The notes beneath the pieces were generated by a model. That model searched no databases and was not told the origin of the DNA. It saw nothing but the letters and a program-made list of their open reading frames with translations. Source: Candidatus Eiseniibacteriota bacterium (GTDB lineage Bacteria > Eisenbacteria > RBG-16-71-46). Taken from it: a DNA stretch of 64,000 nt. Each line of letters starts with the position of its first letter. Position 1 is the stretch's first letter. The stretch spans positions 1 to 64,000 of the forward strand of contig JBBRLX010000008.1 in the NCBI GenBank assembly GCA_038231135.1, read 5' to 3'. A program made the position numbers and the translations under genes. Shown piece by piece: positions 1-10,200 of the stretch.

Positions 1-865
1 CAGGCCGGCGCGACCGGATTCACCGTCACGTCGACCGCACAGTTCGTCGAGCCGCACGCCGCGTCCTTGTTCACCGTCAGCGCGTAGTGGCCCGCGACGG
101 TGACGTCGATGCACTGCGTGGTCTCACCGCTGCTCCACTGGTAGGACAGCGCCCCCGCCGGGCCGCACAGGTGTGCGGTCTGGCCCTGGCAGATCGTCGT
201 CGGACCGGAGATCAGGCAGGCCGGCGCGACCGGGTTCACAGTCACGTCGACCGCACAGTTCGTCGAGCCACACGCCGCGTTCTTGTTCACCGTCAGCGCG
301 TAGTGGCCCGCCGTGGTGACGTCGATGCACTGCGTCGTCTCACCGCTGCTCCACTGGTAGGACAGCGCCCCCGCCGGGCCGCACAGGTGTGCGGTCTGGC
401 CCTGGCAGATCGTCGTCGGACCGGAGATCAGGCAGGCCGGCGCGACCGGGTTCACGATGAGATCGACCGCGCAGCTCGTGGAGCCGCACGCGGCACCCAC
501 ATTCACGGTCAGCGCGTAGTGGCCTGCCGTCGTGACATCGATGCACTGCGTGGTCTGACCGCTGCTCCACTGGTAGGACAGCGCTCCCGCCGGGCCGCAC
601 AGGTGTGCGGTCTGGCCCTGGCAGATCGACGTCGGGCCCGAGATCACACACACGGGCGCGACCGGGTTCATCCGGAGCGCCATCGCGCCCGTGGTGGCGC
701 ACGGGGTGTTGCCGTTGACCGTCAGCGAATAGTTGCCCGCGGTGCGGACGTCGATGCACTGCGTCGTGGCGCCGTTGCTCCACAGGTAGCTGGTGGCGCC
801 GTCAGGTCCGCACAGGTGGGCGGTCTGGCCGTCGCAGAGCGTCGAGGGACCCGTGATCGTTGCGG
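1..865 (-). repeat. Coding tandem repeat, 216-bp (72-aa) period, at least 4 units
   Basis: caggccggcgcgaccgg recurs at 1, 217 and 433, with a diverged copy at 649. Unit: PACLISGPTTICQGQTAHLCGPAGALSYQWSSGETTQCIDVTTAGHYALTVNKNAACGSTNCAVDVTVNPVA. Confidence 0.95.
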
Positions 866-1820
866 CGATCGGGGTCCCGAGGTTCAGGTCGATGAACGCG
901 AAGTCCTTGAGCTCGGCCGTGAACGACTGTGACGAGCGCGTCTTGACGTTGACCGTCGCCGGCGAACCGCACAGGCCCGCCGCCCCGGGGGGCAGCAGCC
1001 GCATGTCGATCGCCAGCTCCATGAACTGGTGGGGCGCGTAGGACGAGACGAGGTCGCCGCCCGAGTTCACGGCACCGCACGGCGTCGAAGCGGTCGTGGA
1101 GTTCGTGGCCCAGTAGAACAGTCCCGCGTAGGACGCTTCCGGCAGCAGCACGAACGAGGTGCCGTTCCAGCGGCGCAGCGTTCCAATCGGCTCCTTGCCG
1201 CCGTTCACTTCGTCGACGCTCACGAGCATGTCGCCGATGGTGCGGCCGTTGTTCGGGCCGTTGCCGATGAGCTGGCCGCCGTCGTGTTTGCCGTCGGTCG
1301 TCATGCGGATGCCGGCCTGGTTGAACTCGAAGTCCATGTGCTGGTCGCCCTGGCCCGCCCGCGTGGCGCCGCCGAGGATCACCCAGTTGTCGCCGGCAGC
1401 GTCCTTGCGGACCTGGCCGTAGACTTCGGTGATGTCGTTCTTCTGGGGATTGCCGCCGTTCGCCGCGTAGTTCCACGGGTTGGCCGCGATGTTGTCGTCG
1501 TTCTTGTTCGAGCCCGTCTTGAACTTCGTGACGTCGACACCCGAGCGCCAGTCCGCGTCACGACCGAACGACGCCGCGGCGCCCGGAACACTCGCGCAGG
1601 TGGTCGGGCTCAGCACCCCGGTACCGGTAAATCCGGCAAACCAGTCGGTGCCCTTGTTGCTCAGCAAGTCGCCGTCGATTTCGAATCCGGCCGGTGTGCC
1701 CGGACGGCTCTGCGCGTACGCCGGCATCGCGCTCGTGAACAGCGCGACCATGACGAGCGCTGCCAGGCAGCCGAAGATGCCCGGCAAGCGATGGAGTGTG
1801 CTGGAACAAGAAGGACGCAT
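1..1820 (-). CDS. Secreted protein with Cys-rich Ig/PKD-like tandem repeats (3' end outside window); paralog of 13258..16494
   Basis: Absent from the ORF track because it runs off the window edge. Manual translation from ATG 1820 (AAAGGG RBS): MRPSCSSTLHRLPGIFGCLAALVMVALFTSAMPAYAQ (signal peptide), then PAGFEIDGDLLSN...GNPQKNDITEVY...KTRSSQSFTAELKDFA as in the paralog, then 72-aa repeats. Confidence 0.9.
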   Translation of the reverse strand, partial: MRPSCSSTLHRLPGIFGCLAALVMVALFTSAMPAYAQSRPGTPAGFEIDGDLLSNKGTDWFAGFTGTGVLSPTTCASVPGAAASFGRDADWRSGVDVTKFKTGSNKNDDNIAANPWNYAANGGNPQKNDITEVYGQVRKDAAGDNWVILGGATRAGQGDQHMDFEFNQAGIRMTTDGKHDGGQLIGNGPNNGRTIGDMLVSVDEVNGGKEPIGTLRRWNGTSFVLLPEASYAGLFYWATNSTTASTPCGAVNSGGDLVSSYAPHQFMELAIDMRLLPPGAAGLCGSPATVNVKTRSSQSFTAELKDFAFIDLNLGTPIAATITGPSTLCDGQTAHLCGPDGATSYLWSNGATTQCIDVRTAGNYSLTVNGNTPCATTGAMALRMNPVAPVCVISGPTSICQGQTAHLCGPAGALSYQWSSGQTTQCIDVTTAGHYALTVNVGAACGSTSCAVDLIVNPVAPACLISGPTTICQGQTAHLCGPAGALSYQWSSGETTQCIDVTTAGHYALTVNKNAACGSTNCAVDVTVNPVAPACLISGPTTICQGQTAHLCGPAGALSYQWSSGETTQCIDVTVAGHYALTVNKDAACGSTNCAVDVTVNPVAPA

Positions 1821-1938
1821 TGTGACGGACCCTTTCGAGAAGTGACGGGACCCACGTCCGCGCGCTGAAACGCGGTCACGCCGGGACCCCGGTTGTGCAG
1901 CACGAGCGCCTGACGGCGACGCTTGCTGGTTTCATACA

Positions 1939-1955
1939 GCGCAACTACCGTGCGC
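1939..1955 (-). promoter_or_regulatory. Conserved upstream motif (GCA-N7-TGC dyad / sigma54-like GCACG-N4-TTGC)
   Basis: gcgcaactaccgtgcgc. The 13-bp core matches 16616-16628 at 12/13 positions, at the same distance (121 vs 122 nt) from the paralog start codon. Confidence 0.55.
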
Positions 1956-2188
1956 AAAACCAGTGCACAACCGAGACTCGAAAGCATTCAACGATATGTG
2001 TTTACGAGCATTGCGGAATGCGATGGCATGTTTTGTGGAAGAAAACTGGGGCTGTACCCCAAGCCGCCGCCACGATCCGGGTGGAATCGCCCGTTGACGC
2101 CCCAGCCTCGAAAACCTTAGAGGCGACTCAAAATCGCATTGAAGGAACGACTGAAGGAAGTGGCCTTTCCAGCAGGAAGCAAGAGCCC

Positions 2189-2312
2189 GCAGGCCGCTGA
2201 AAATCGTGGAGTGCAAGGCGGCAAGGAGCGAACAGCGGAGATGTATCGTCAGATACATCGGAGCGATGAGCGACGCAGCCAACCCAGCAATCGATGATTT
2301 GCAGCGGCCTGC
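2189..2312. repeat. 124-bp intergenic hairpin element (MITE/REP-like), copy 1
   Basis: Terminal inverted repeats gcaggccgctgaaaatc / gatttgcagcggcctgc (16/17). Central GATGTATC-gtca-GATACATC hairpin. 118/124 identical to 31153-31276. Confidence 0.9.
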
Positions 2313-2314
2313 GG

Positions 2315-4120
2315 CTAGAAGTCGGCGCTTTCCGTGTAGTCGCCATACACCTCGCGCATCGCGCCCCGGATCTCGCCTTCGGTGGCATAGGTGCGTGCGG
2401 CGTCGAGGATCTTCTCCATCACGTTCTGGTCGCCCGGCTCGCTGGCCGCGGCAGCGGTGAGGGCGCGCAACGCTGCGCCGGTGGCGGCGTTGTCGCGGGT
2501 GCTGCGCAGCTCGGCCAGGGCGCGCTTCTGGTCCTCCTCCACCGCGTCCGAGATGTACAGGATCGGGATGTCGAGCTTCTCGTCGGGCTCGACGTACTCG
2601 TTGATGCCGACGATGATGCGCTGGCGGCGTTCGATCTCCTGCTGGTACTGGTACGCGGCCTTGCCGATCTCGCGCTGGAAGTAGCCCTGTTCGATGCCCG
2701 CCACGACCCCGCCCATGGCGTCGATCTGCCGGAAGTACTCCTCGGCCTCCTCCTCGAGCTGGTTCGTGAGCGACTCGAGATAGTAGGAACCGGCGAGCGG
2801 GTCGATCGTCTCGGTGACGCCGATCTCGTGCGCAATGACCTGCTGCGTCCGCAGCGCGATCTTCACCGCCTTGTCGCTGGGCAGCGCGATCGTCTCGTCC
2901 ATCGAATTCGTGTGCAGCGACTGGGTGCCGCCCAGCACCGCAGCCAGCCCCTGGAACGCGGTGCGCATGATGTTGTTCTCGGGCTGCTTGTCCCACAGCG
3001 AGCAACCGGCGGTCTGGGTGTGGAACCGCATCAGCCACGATTCCGGACGCCGCGCCTTGAACCGCCCGCGCATGTGGCGCGCCCAGATCCGGCGCGCCGC
3101 GCGCAGCTTCGCGATCTCCTCGAAGAAGTCGAGATGGCTGTTCCAGAAGAAACTGAGCCGCGGGGCGAATTCGTCGACGTCCATGCCGCGCGCGAGGCAT
3201 TCCTCGACGTACGTGAAGCCGTCGGCGATCGTGAACGCCAGCTCCTGCGCCGCCGTGGAGCCGGCTTCGCGGATGTGGTAACCGGACACCGAGATCGTGT
3301 TCCACTGCGGCACGCGCTGCGTCGCGAATTCGATCAGGTCGACGATGATCCGCAGCGACGGCCGGGGCGGGAAGCACCAGCACTTCTGGGCGATGTACTC
3401 CTTGAGAATGTCGTTCTGGAGCGTGCCCCGCAGCCGCGAGAACGGCACACCACGCTTCTCGGCGTTCGCCAGGTAGAAGCCGAACATGATCGCGGCGGGT
3501 CCGTTGATGGTCATCGACGTCGACACGGCGCCCGGGTCGATGCCGTCGAGCAGGGTCTCCATGTCGCGCAGCGAATCGACCGCGACGCCGCACTTGCCGA
3601 TCTCGCCGTGCGCCTTCGGGTGGTCGCTGTCGTAACCCATGATCGTGGGGTTGTCGAATGCGATCGACAGTCCGGTCTGGCCGTGCGCGAGCAGGTAGTG
3701 GAAGCGCTCGTTCGTCTCCTTCGCGAGTCCGAAGCCCGCGAACTGCCGCATGGTGAACATGCGGCCGCGATACATGCTGGTGTGAACGCCGCGCGTGTAC
3801 GGAAATTCGCCGGGGTAGCCCAGTTCCCTGGCGAGGTCCATGTCGGCCACGTCCTCGGGACCGTAGAGCGGCTTGATCGGAAGTCCCGAGATCGTGAACG
3901 GGTAGAGGCCGGGGCGCTCCCTCGCGCCCGCGAACTTCTGCTCCCACTCGACGCGTTGAGTGTCCCAGGCGGCGGTGGTCCGCGGGGCACGAGCCTCCCG
4001 GGCGGCAGTTCCGTTGCCGCGGCTCCCGGACTTCCCATTCGCCCGGCCGTCGCGGGCGGGCGCCGGGGTCCTCGAGGAAGCTGCCGCCGGCCGGGGTTTG
4101 CTGCGGGTTCGAGTCGCCAT
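2315..4120 (-). CDS. icmA: B12-dependent acyl-CoA mutase large subunit (MCM family), isobutyryl-CoA mutase-like
   Basis: [39 protein letters not shown] and GGTQSLHTN motifs. No C-terminal B12-binding domain. GAGGAG RBS spacing favours ATG 4120 over 4126. Confidence 0.88.
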   Translation of the reverse strand: MATRTRSKPRPAAASSRTPAPARDGRANGKSGSRGNGTAAREARAPRTTAAWDTQRVEWEQKFAGARERPGLYPFTISGLPIKPLYGPEDVADMDLARELGYPGEFPYTRGVHTSMYRGRMFTMRQFAGFGLAKETNERFHYLLAHGQTGLSIAFDNPTIMGYDSDHPKAHGEIGKCGVAVDSLRDMETLLDGIDPGAVSTSMTINGPAAIMFGFYLANAEKRGVPFSRLRGTLQNDILKEYIAQKCWCFPPRPSLRIIVDLIEFATQRVPQWNTISVSGYHIREAGSTAAQELAFTIADGFTYVEECLARGMDVDEFAPRLSFFWNSHLDFFEEIAKLRAARRIWARHMRGRFKARRPESWLMRFHTQTAGCSLWDKQPENNIMRTAFQGLAAVLGGTQSLHTNSMDETIALPSDKAVKIALRTQQVIAHEIGVTETIDPLAGSYYLESLTNQLEEEAEEYFRQIDAMGGVVAGIEQGYFQREIGKAAYQYQQEIERRQRIIVGINEYVEPDEKLDIPILYISDAVEEDQKRALAELRSTRDNAATGAALRALTAAAASEPGDQNVMEKILDAARTYATEGEIRGAMREVYGDYTESADF

Positions 4121-4170
4121 GAGCATCTCCTCGCGGATGGGGGCGGGTTTAGGAACCCGCAGACCGTTCG

Positions 4171-4199
4171 AGGTTAGGCGGCCCCCGGAACAGGGTCAA
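4171..4199 (-). promoter_or_regulatory. Putative sigma70 promoter for the mutase gene
   Basis: TTGACC-N17-TAACCT on the minus strand, overlapping the meaB stop codon. Confidence 0.55.
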
Positions 4200-5173
4200 G
4201 ACCCGGAGCGGGTCTCCCCGGCGCCCAGCAAACGCTCCACGGCAGCGTGCGGCGTGAGCTCGCGGCGGCCGAGTTCCGCGATCACCCGCTCCCAGTCGCC
4301 GGCCGCCACGCGCCGCTCGAACCCCCGCCACAACTGGTCGCGCACCATGTCGCGCAGCCGGCCCTCCAGCCGGACGCGGCGGCGGCGTTCGAGGCCGCCC
4401 TGGCGCTCGAGATCGGTCAGGTGGGCTTCGAGCTGGTCCACGAGCTCGGGAACCCCCGTGCCCTGCGACGCCACGGTGAGCAGCACCGGCGGATCCCAGT
4501 CCGAGCGGGCGGTCCTGAGCTCGAGGGCCGAGCGCACCGCGTACGCGCCGCGCTCGGCGCCCTCGCGATCGGCCTTGTTGATCACGAACACGTCGCCGAT
4601 CTCCATCAGGCCGGCCTTCATCGCCTGCACGCCGTCACCCGATTCGGGCACCAGCACGACCGCCGTGGTGTCCGCGGTCTGCGCCACTTCCAGCTCGCTC
4701 TGCCCCACGCCGACCGTTTCGATCACGATGCGCGTGAACCCGGCGGCATCGAGCACGTCGCACACCTGCGAGGTGTGCACCGCGAGGCCGCCGAGGCTGC
4801 CGCGGGTCGCCATCGAGCGGATGAACACCCCGGGGTCCCCCGCCAGCTCCGCCATGCGCACACGATCGCCGAGCAGCGCGCCGCCGCTGAACGGGCTCGT
4901 CGGGTCGACGGCGACGATCGCCACGGATTCGCCGCGCTCGCGGTAGACGCGCGCGATGCGGGTGACGAGCGTGCTCTTGCCGGCGCCCGGCGGGCCGGTG
5001 ATGCCGAGGCGCCGCGCCCGGCCGCTGGCGGCGAAGCAGGCATCGAGCACCCGGTCCGCGCGCGGCGCCTCGTTCTCGACCCACGAGATCGCGCGGGCGA
5101 GCGCGGCACGATCGCCGGCGAGCGTGCGCTCGATCAGCTCCTCGGCGGTCGGCGGCAGGGTGGACGGCGTCAA
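4196..5173 (-). CDS. meaB: MeaB/ArgK family GTPase (mutase metallochaperone)
   Basis: GITGPPGAGKST, AVDPTSPFSGGALLGDRVRM, IETVGVGQSE and NKAD motifs. TTG start overlaps the upstream TGA (TTGA). Confidence 0.93.
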   Translation of the reverse strand: MTPSTLPPTAEELIERTLAGDRAALARAISWVENEAPRADRVLDACFAASGRARRLGITGPPGAGKSTLVTRIARVYRERGESVAIVAVDPTSPFSGGALLGDRVRMAELAGDPGVFIRSMATRGSLGGLAVHTSQVCDVLDAAGFTRIVIETVGVGQSELEVAQTADTTAVVLVPESGDGVQAMKAGLMEIGDVFVINKADREGAERGAYAVRSALELRTARSDWDPPVLLTVASQGTGVPELVDQLEAHLTDLERQGGLERRRRVRLEGRLRDMVRDQLWRGFERRVAAGDWERVIAELGRRELTPHAAVERLLGAGETRSGS

Positions 5174-6534
5174 CGATGCCGTCCCGGCACTGCCGCCAGC
5201 ACCCGGCGGGCGATGTCCTCCGCGGAATGGGGGGTCGCGAGCCGGCCGGCCGCGGCCTCCACCGCCTCCCGTGCTGGAGCGTCCGACAGCCAGCGGCGCA
5301 CCACGGCCGCCACCTCGTCGACGGACTCCGCGAGCTTCGCGGCGCCACCCGATTCGAGGAACCGCGCGTTGCTCACCTCCTGGCCCGGCGTGGGCCGGAA
5401 GATCACGAGTGGGGTCCGCTTGATGAGCGCCTCCGAGCATGTGAGCCCGCCGGCCTTGGTCACGACAACGTCCGAGGCTTCGAGCAGCACGTCGACGTCA
5501 TCGCGGAATCCCAGCGCGACGATCCGGTTCGCGGCGGCGCCGAAGCCGTTGCCGCCGTGTTTCACGAGCTCCGTCAGCTCCTCGCGCAACCGCTGATTGG
5601 TGCCGCACACCACGACCACTTGCGGAACCTCCGGCAGGTTCGCGAGCCGCGACGCCAGCTCCGCCAGCGGGCCGACTCCGCTGCCGCCGCCCATCACCAG
5701 CACCAGCGGCCGCACGGGATCCAGCCCCAGCCGCGCGCGCGCGGCGTCGCGGCCGATCATGGTCGCGAACCGGCCGTCGGTCGGAATGCCGGTCACATCG
5801 ATCGACGACCGGGGCACGCCATGGCCCGCGAGCTCCGCCGCGACCTGCTCGCTCGCCACGAAGTACCGGTCGACGTTCGGGAACGCCCAGAACGGGTGCG
5901 CGGTGAAGTCGGTGATCACGCAATAGAGCGGCACCTGCAGCCGGCCGGAGCCGCGCGCGTGCGACAGCGCTTCGACGGGCAGGAAGTGTGTGCACACGAT
6001 CGCGTCCGGCCGCTCGCGCGCGACCACCCGCACCAGCCGGCGCAGGTTCAGCCGGTCGAGCGCGAGGCGCACCGGGCCCGCGCCGCGATTCACGGGCGCG
6101 AGCGCCCACGAGTGATAGAGCACGCCCCACAGCCGGGGCGCGCGCGCCGCCATGGCGTTGTAGGACGCCGCGTAGGTTCCCCGGTAGATCCGCGACGCGA
6201 ACACCAGCGTGTCCACCTCGCGCACCACCACGGCCGGATTCAGCGCGCCGAACGCATGTGCCAGCGCCTGGGCCGCGCGCTTGTGTCCGCTGCCGGCGGT
6301 GGCGTGCAGGATCGCCACGCGCGGAGCGTCCCCGGCGCGAGCATCCGGCGCCCCCGGCGCCAGCGTCTCGACCGCGACCATGCCGCCGCCGACGGTCGGG
6401 AACAGCACGTCCGAGCCCGCCGATGCGCGCCAGCGCGCGCGCCACCACCGCCGCTGGGCGCGCAGCCGGGCCCGCCAGCGCTGCGTGAGCCGCTGCGGGA
6501 TGCGCAATCTGCCGAGTCGGGGGACTTGGACCAT
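5170..6534 (-). CDS. MGDG synthase / UgtP-like diacylglycerol glycosyltransferase (GT28)
   Basis: GSGHKRAA, PDAIVCTHFLP, VITDFTAHPFW, TKAGGLTCSEAL and PGQEVSNA motifs. TACAGT -10 box 7 nt before ATG 6534. An alternative start at 6381 is possible. Confidence 0.88.
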   Translation of the reverse strand: MVQVPRLGRLRIPQRLTQRWRARLRAQRRWWRARWRASAGSDVLFPTVGGGMVAVETLAPGAPDARAGDAPRVAILHATAGSGHKRAAQALAHAFGALNPAVVVREVDTLVFASRIYRGTYAASYNAMAARAPRLWGVLYHSWALAPVNRGAGPVRLALDRLNLRRLVRVVARERPDAIVCTHFLPVEALSHARGSGRLQVPLYCVITDFTAHPFWAFPNVDRYFVASEQVAAELAGHGVPRSSIDVTGIPTDGRFATMIGRDAARARLGLDPVRPLVLVMGGGSGVGPLAELASRLANLPEVPQVVVVCGTNQRLREELTELVKHGGNGFGAAANRIVALGFRDDVDVLLEASDVVVTKAGGLTCSEALIKRTPLVIFRPTPGQEVSNARFLESGGAAKLAESVDEVAAVVRRWLSDAPAREAVEAAAGRLATPHSAEDIARRVLAAVPGRHR

Positions 6535-6587
6535 GGTCGGGACTGTACCGGAGGTCGCGCCGCTTAGGCAGCGAGCCGGCATCCGGG

Positions 6588-6944
6588 TCAGGTTTCTTCC
6601 GTCACCGCGTTGGGATAATGCCGGATCGTCGCACCGTGTTCGTGCGGCTCGATCGCGATCACGTCGATGCGCACCGCACGCCCTTCGTGGTCTCCGACCG
6701 CCCGCGCGGCCCGCACCATCCGCTCCCGCTTCGTACGGTCCACGGCCAGCGCCGCACCTCCGTAGTCGGTGCGCGTGCGGAACTTCACCTCGACCAGCGC
6801 AATCGTTCGATCGTCACTCGCCACCAGGTCCACTTCCACGCCCGCGACGCGCGTGTTCCGCGCCTCGATCGCGAATCCCATCAATTCGAGGTACGCCGCC
6901 GCCAGCGCTTCGCCGGCTCTGCCGCGCACCTGGGATCGTCCCAT
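6588..6944 (-). CDS. yraN: YraN (UPF0102) family putative endonuclease
   Basis: GRAGEALAAAYL, EVDLVA, VEVKFR and RIDVIAI motifs. GGAGG RBS before ATG 6944. Confidence 0.92.
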   Translation of the reverse strand: MGRSQVRGRAGEALAAAYLELMGFAIEARNTRVAGVEVDLVASDDRTIALVEVKFRTRTDYGGAALAVDRTKRERMVRAARAVGDHEGRAVRIDVIAIEPHEHGATIRHYPNAVTEET

Positions 6945-7017
6945 GCTGCCTCCGCCGGGGGCGGTTCGACGGGGTGCCGGTTCAAAGTACACGATTGTCG
7001 GCCGGGGGGGCATCGCA

Positions 7018-7140
7018 TCAATCCCCGGTCGGAGGGATGCCCGCGCCCTCCACCATGAGGATCACGGTGCGATCCTTCGCCCGCGGCCGGTGCATCACGC
7101 CCTTCGGGATCACGACGCCCTGCCGCGGCGCGAGCGTTCC
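7018..7140 (-). pseudogene. C-terminal remnant of a small cupin-domain protein
   Basis: Manual translation GTLAPRQGVVIPKGVMHRPRAKDRTVILMVEGAGIPPTGD* contains cupin motif 2 (GxxIPKGVxHRP). Upstream in frame there is a stop and no start or cupin motif 1. Confidence 0.6.
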
Positions 7141-7172
7141 GGTGGTTTGGCCAGGCCGGTTCTCCCGACGAA

Positions 7173-7234
7173 GCCGCGACGCCGTGCGGCGTCGCGGCCT
7201 CGATGATCACACTCGCGCGGCAGCTCGCCGCGCG
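7173..7234 (-). terminator. Two GC-rich hairpins downstream of the peptidase gene
   Basis: gccgcgacgccg-tg-cggcgtcgcggc (7173-7198) and cgcgcggc-agctc-gccgcgcg (7214-7234). No clear U-tract. Confidence 0.45.
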
Positions 7235-7256
7235 GGTGTCCTGCCCAACCCGATGA

Positions 7257-10200
7257 CTAGTGAATCAGCGTCACCAGGCGCGTCTTCTGCACGCCGGATC
7301 CGACGAATCGGACGAAGTAGACACCCGACTTGAGGGATGTTCCGCGATCGTCGGTACCGTCCCATGCGAAACGGAAGGTGCCGGCTTGATGCATGCCGCT
7401 GGCGATCGTGCGAATGCGCCGTCCATCCACCGAGTAGATCGACAGATCGACGTGAGCTGCCGCCACCAGGCTGAAGGTGAGCACCGAGCTGCCGCGCGAA
7501 GGATTCGGCACGACGGGCTGTAGCTCCGTCTTCGTCGCCACGTTCGCCGTAACGGCCAGTGTGCCGGTCATGACGGCAACGCTGCTGTTCTCTCCGTCGC
7601 GCCCGATCACTCGCTCGACCCCGATGGCGGGCGTGCCCGCCGCGATCGCACGGAAGCGTACGGTCGCCAGCAGGCCATGACCCGCAATCCTCGAGCCCGC
7701 CCCCAGCAGCGCCGCGTCCACGGTGCCTGCGGAGGGTGACAGCACAACGCCGCGCGGCGCCGAGATCATCTCTCCTGCCGTGACGCCGACCGGCTCCACG
7801 ACCTTGGGATCCCAGCGCAACGCCACCGACACGGCTTGGAGATCGCCCGCGCCGGTCAGCTCCACCGGGACGTCCACGATCTCGCCGGCGAGCACGGCTT
7901 CGGCCGCGCCGACGGCGACCATGTTCGTCGACGCCACTTCATGGGTGAGTCCACCGCTCGCCGGCGCGACCGCGAGGCTCGCGTTCGGCGTGAAGTTGAG
8001 CGCGAACATCACCAGGTCCTCGAAATTGACCGCCGAATCCGTGAGCGGGAGGCCGTCGGGATGGTTGGTGCTCGTCGGACCGACATCGAGGTACTCGAAG
8101 CCCGCCAGCGCGCCACCCGAGACGCCGTAGTGAGCACCCAGCAGCGAGATGTCCGCCGTCGTCACCGTGTTGTCGCCCTGGCCCGGGGTCGTACCGTCGG
8201 TCACGTCGCCCAGGTGATAGCCGAGCGTGCCCGTGGTCATGTTCGACACCATGGATACGTTGCTGCACGCATCCTTCGCGTAGGCGACGAAATACCAGTA
8301 GTCGCGCGACGTGGTCTCGTCCGTCTGGCCAGTGGCCGTGACCGTGGTCAGCGTCCATCCGGCCGGCGGATACGAGGCCGGCGAGGTCGGCGGAGCGCCG
8401 CCGCCGTTGTCGTACGTCGGGTAGCTACCGAAGCCCTTCCGCCACACTTCGACCGAGGTTCCGCCCGGAGCCGTGAACGTCAGGGTGGTCTTCGTCGTCC
8501 CGTCGTTGTCGTTCCCGGTCTTGACCTGCACCGCAGCCAGGCTCGAAACCGCCGGAACCGTGGCGACGATCGCGTTGAAGCTGGCCGCGATCGTGTGGCT
8601 CGCCTGCACGTTGGAGAACGTGTAGCTCGAGACCGCTCCGACCGACACGCCATCCACCAGCACGTCGCCGATCGTGTGGCAGGCATCCGGGGCGATCGAG
8701 AATCCCTGGTTGGCTCCGCAGCTCACCACGACGTTGCCGCTCGGCGTAATCGAGCCACCGGTCCCGGCCGATGCGACGATCGTGTAGGTATTGATCACGA
8801 AGCTGGCCGCGATCGTGTGGTCCGCAGTCACGGTGTTGAAGGTGTACGTCGCGACCGGTCCCACGGACCCGCCGTCGACCAGCACGTCGGCGATCGAATA
8901 GCAGGCTGCCGGCGTGATCGTAAACGTCTGGTTCGTGCCGTACGGAACCGAGGTGGGTCCGTTCGGGGCAATCGTCCCGTTCGGTCCCGCGGACGCGGTG
9001 ATCACCGGATCACGGATGGTGAAGTTCGCGTCGCTGGCGTCGAAACCGGCCGAGCAACCCGTGTCGTGAGCGGTAACTCGCACGCGCGCCTGCGTCGTGG
9101 GTGTATTGGGAACCATCCACGCGAACGATCCGCTGTTCGGGATCGCAGTCGCGATCACGTTCGGATAGGTCGCGCCGCCATCGGTCGAGTACTCGAGATC
9201 GACGTTGGCCACCGCCACGTTGTCGGTCGCCGTCCAGGTGATCGACTGCGACGTGCCGATCAGCCAGGACTCACCGCCATTTGGCGCCGTTACCGCGACG
9301 ACCGGCGCGGCATTGTCGATCGGCACCGTGCCCGGGGTGTCCGGCATGACCTGGAGCGGAGCATTGTTGCAGTCGCGCAACAGCACCGAAGTGACCGTGA
9401 CCGTGCCCGTGCCGTTGGCGCCACCGCTCGCCAGCCCCAGGTTGAACAGCGTGCCCGTCTGCGCGGTGGGGCCACAGCCGGTGCCGAGGACGGCACCGTC
9501 CACGGTATAGGAGCCGCCGCCATTGTCGACCACCAGGAACGAGGTCGCGCCCGCAGAGTTCAGGTACGAGCCTTCGCTGATGCTCGAGGTCCCCGAGCAC
9601 AGGCTCAAGCCGCCCGAGAGCTGCAGGGTGACGCTGAAGGCGAGCATCGGCGTGAGGACGTCGTCGAAGCGCTTGATGTTCACCGGCATCGTCACGCACG
9701 AGTTGCTCGGACAGATCACGGTCGAAGTCGACTGAGCTCCCACGTACGCGGGGAACCAGCCGATGTCCCGCAGCTGTCCGTTGGTGATGTCGACCGTGTT
9801 GTGCAGATCGTTGTTGAGGTTGGGTTCCATCAGAGCGTTCGGCGTCAGCGAGATGTCCCAGTGCGACACCGACGAGCCCGAAACGAACGGATTCGGTGTG
9901 TACATCTTGGGGCGGCCGCTCGGATCGAGTCCGGCCTTCTGCACCGGATCACGCCCGACCGTGACGTTCACTCCGGACGCGAGATTCGCCTTGATGGTGT
10001 TGCCGTCGGCCTGGGAGATGCCGATGCACGGGATCGTGATCGTCGGGTCGGCGCCGCCCATACCGGGCAGTCCGGCCGCGTTGTTGACGATGATGACACC
10101 CACCGCGCCCGCGTCCTGCGCCGCCTTGCACTTGACGACGAAGGTGCACACACCGCGATCGATCAGGGCGATGTTGCCGGCGAGCGCCGCGGCGTTCGTG

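Noticed and set aside
1..865. Regular DNA repeats as a possible CRISPR array
   Set aside because: Contiguous 216-bp units in frame within a CDS, no unique spacers, no cas genes.
1932..3947. 671-aa alternative-frame ORF and the 627-aa plus-strand ORF over the mutase
   Set aside because: Shadow ORFs typical of high-GC DNA, Arg/Pro/Gly-rich, no recognisable motifs.
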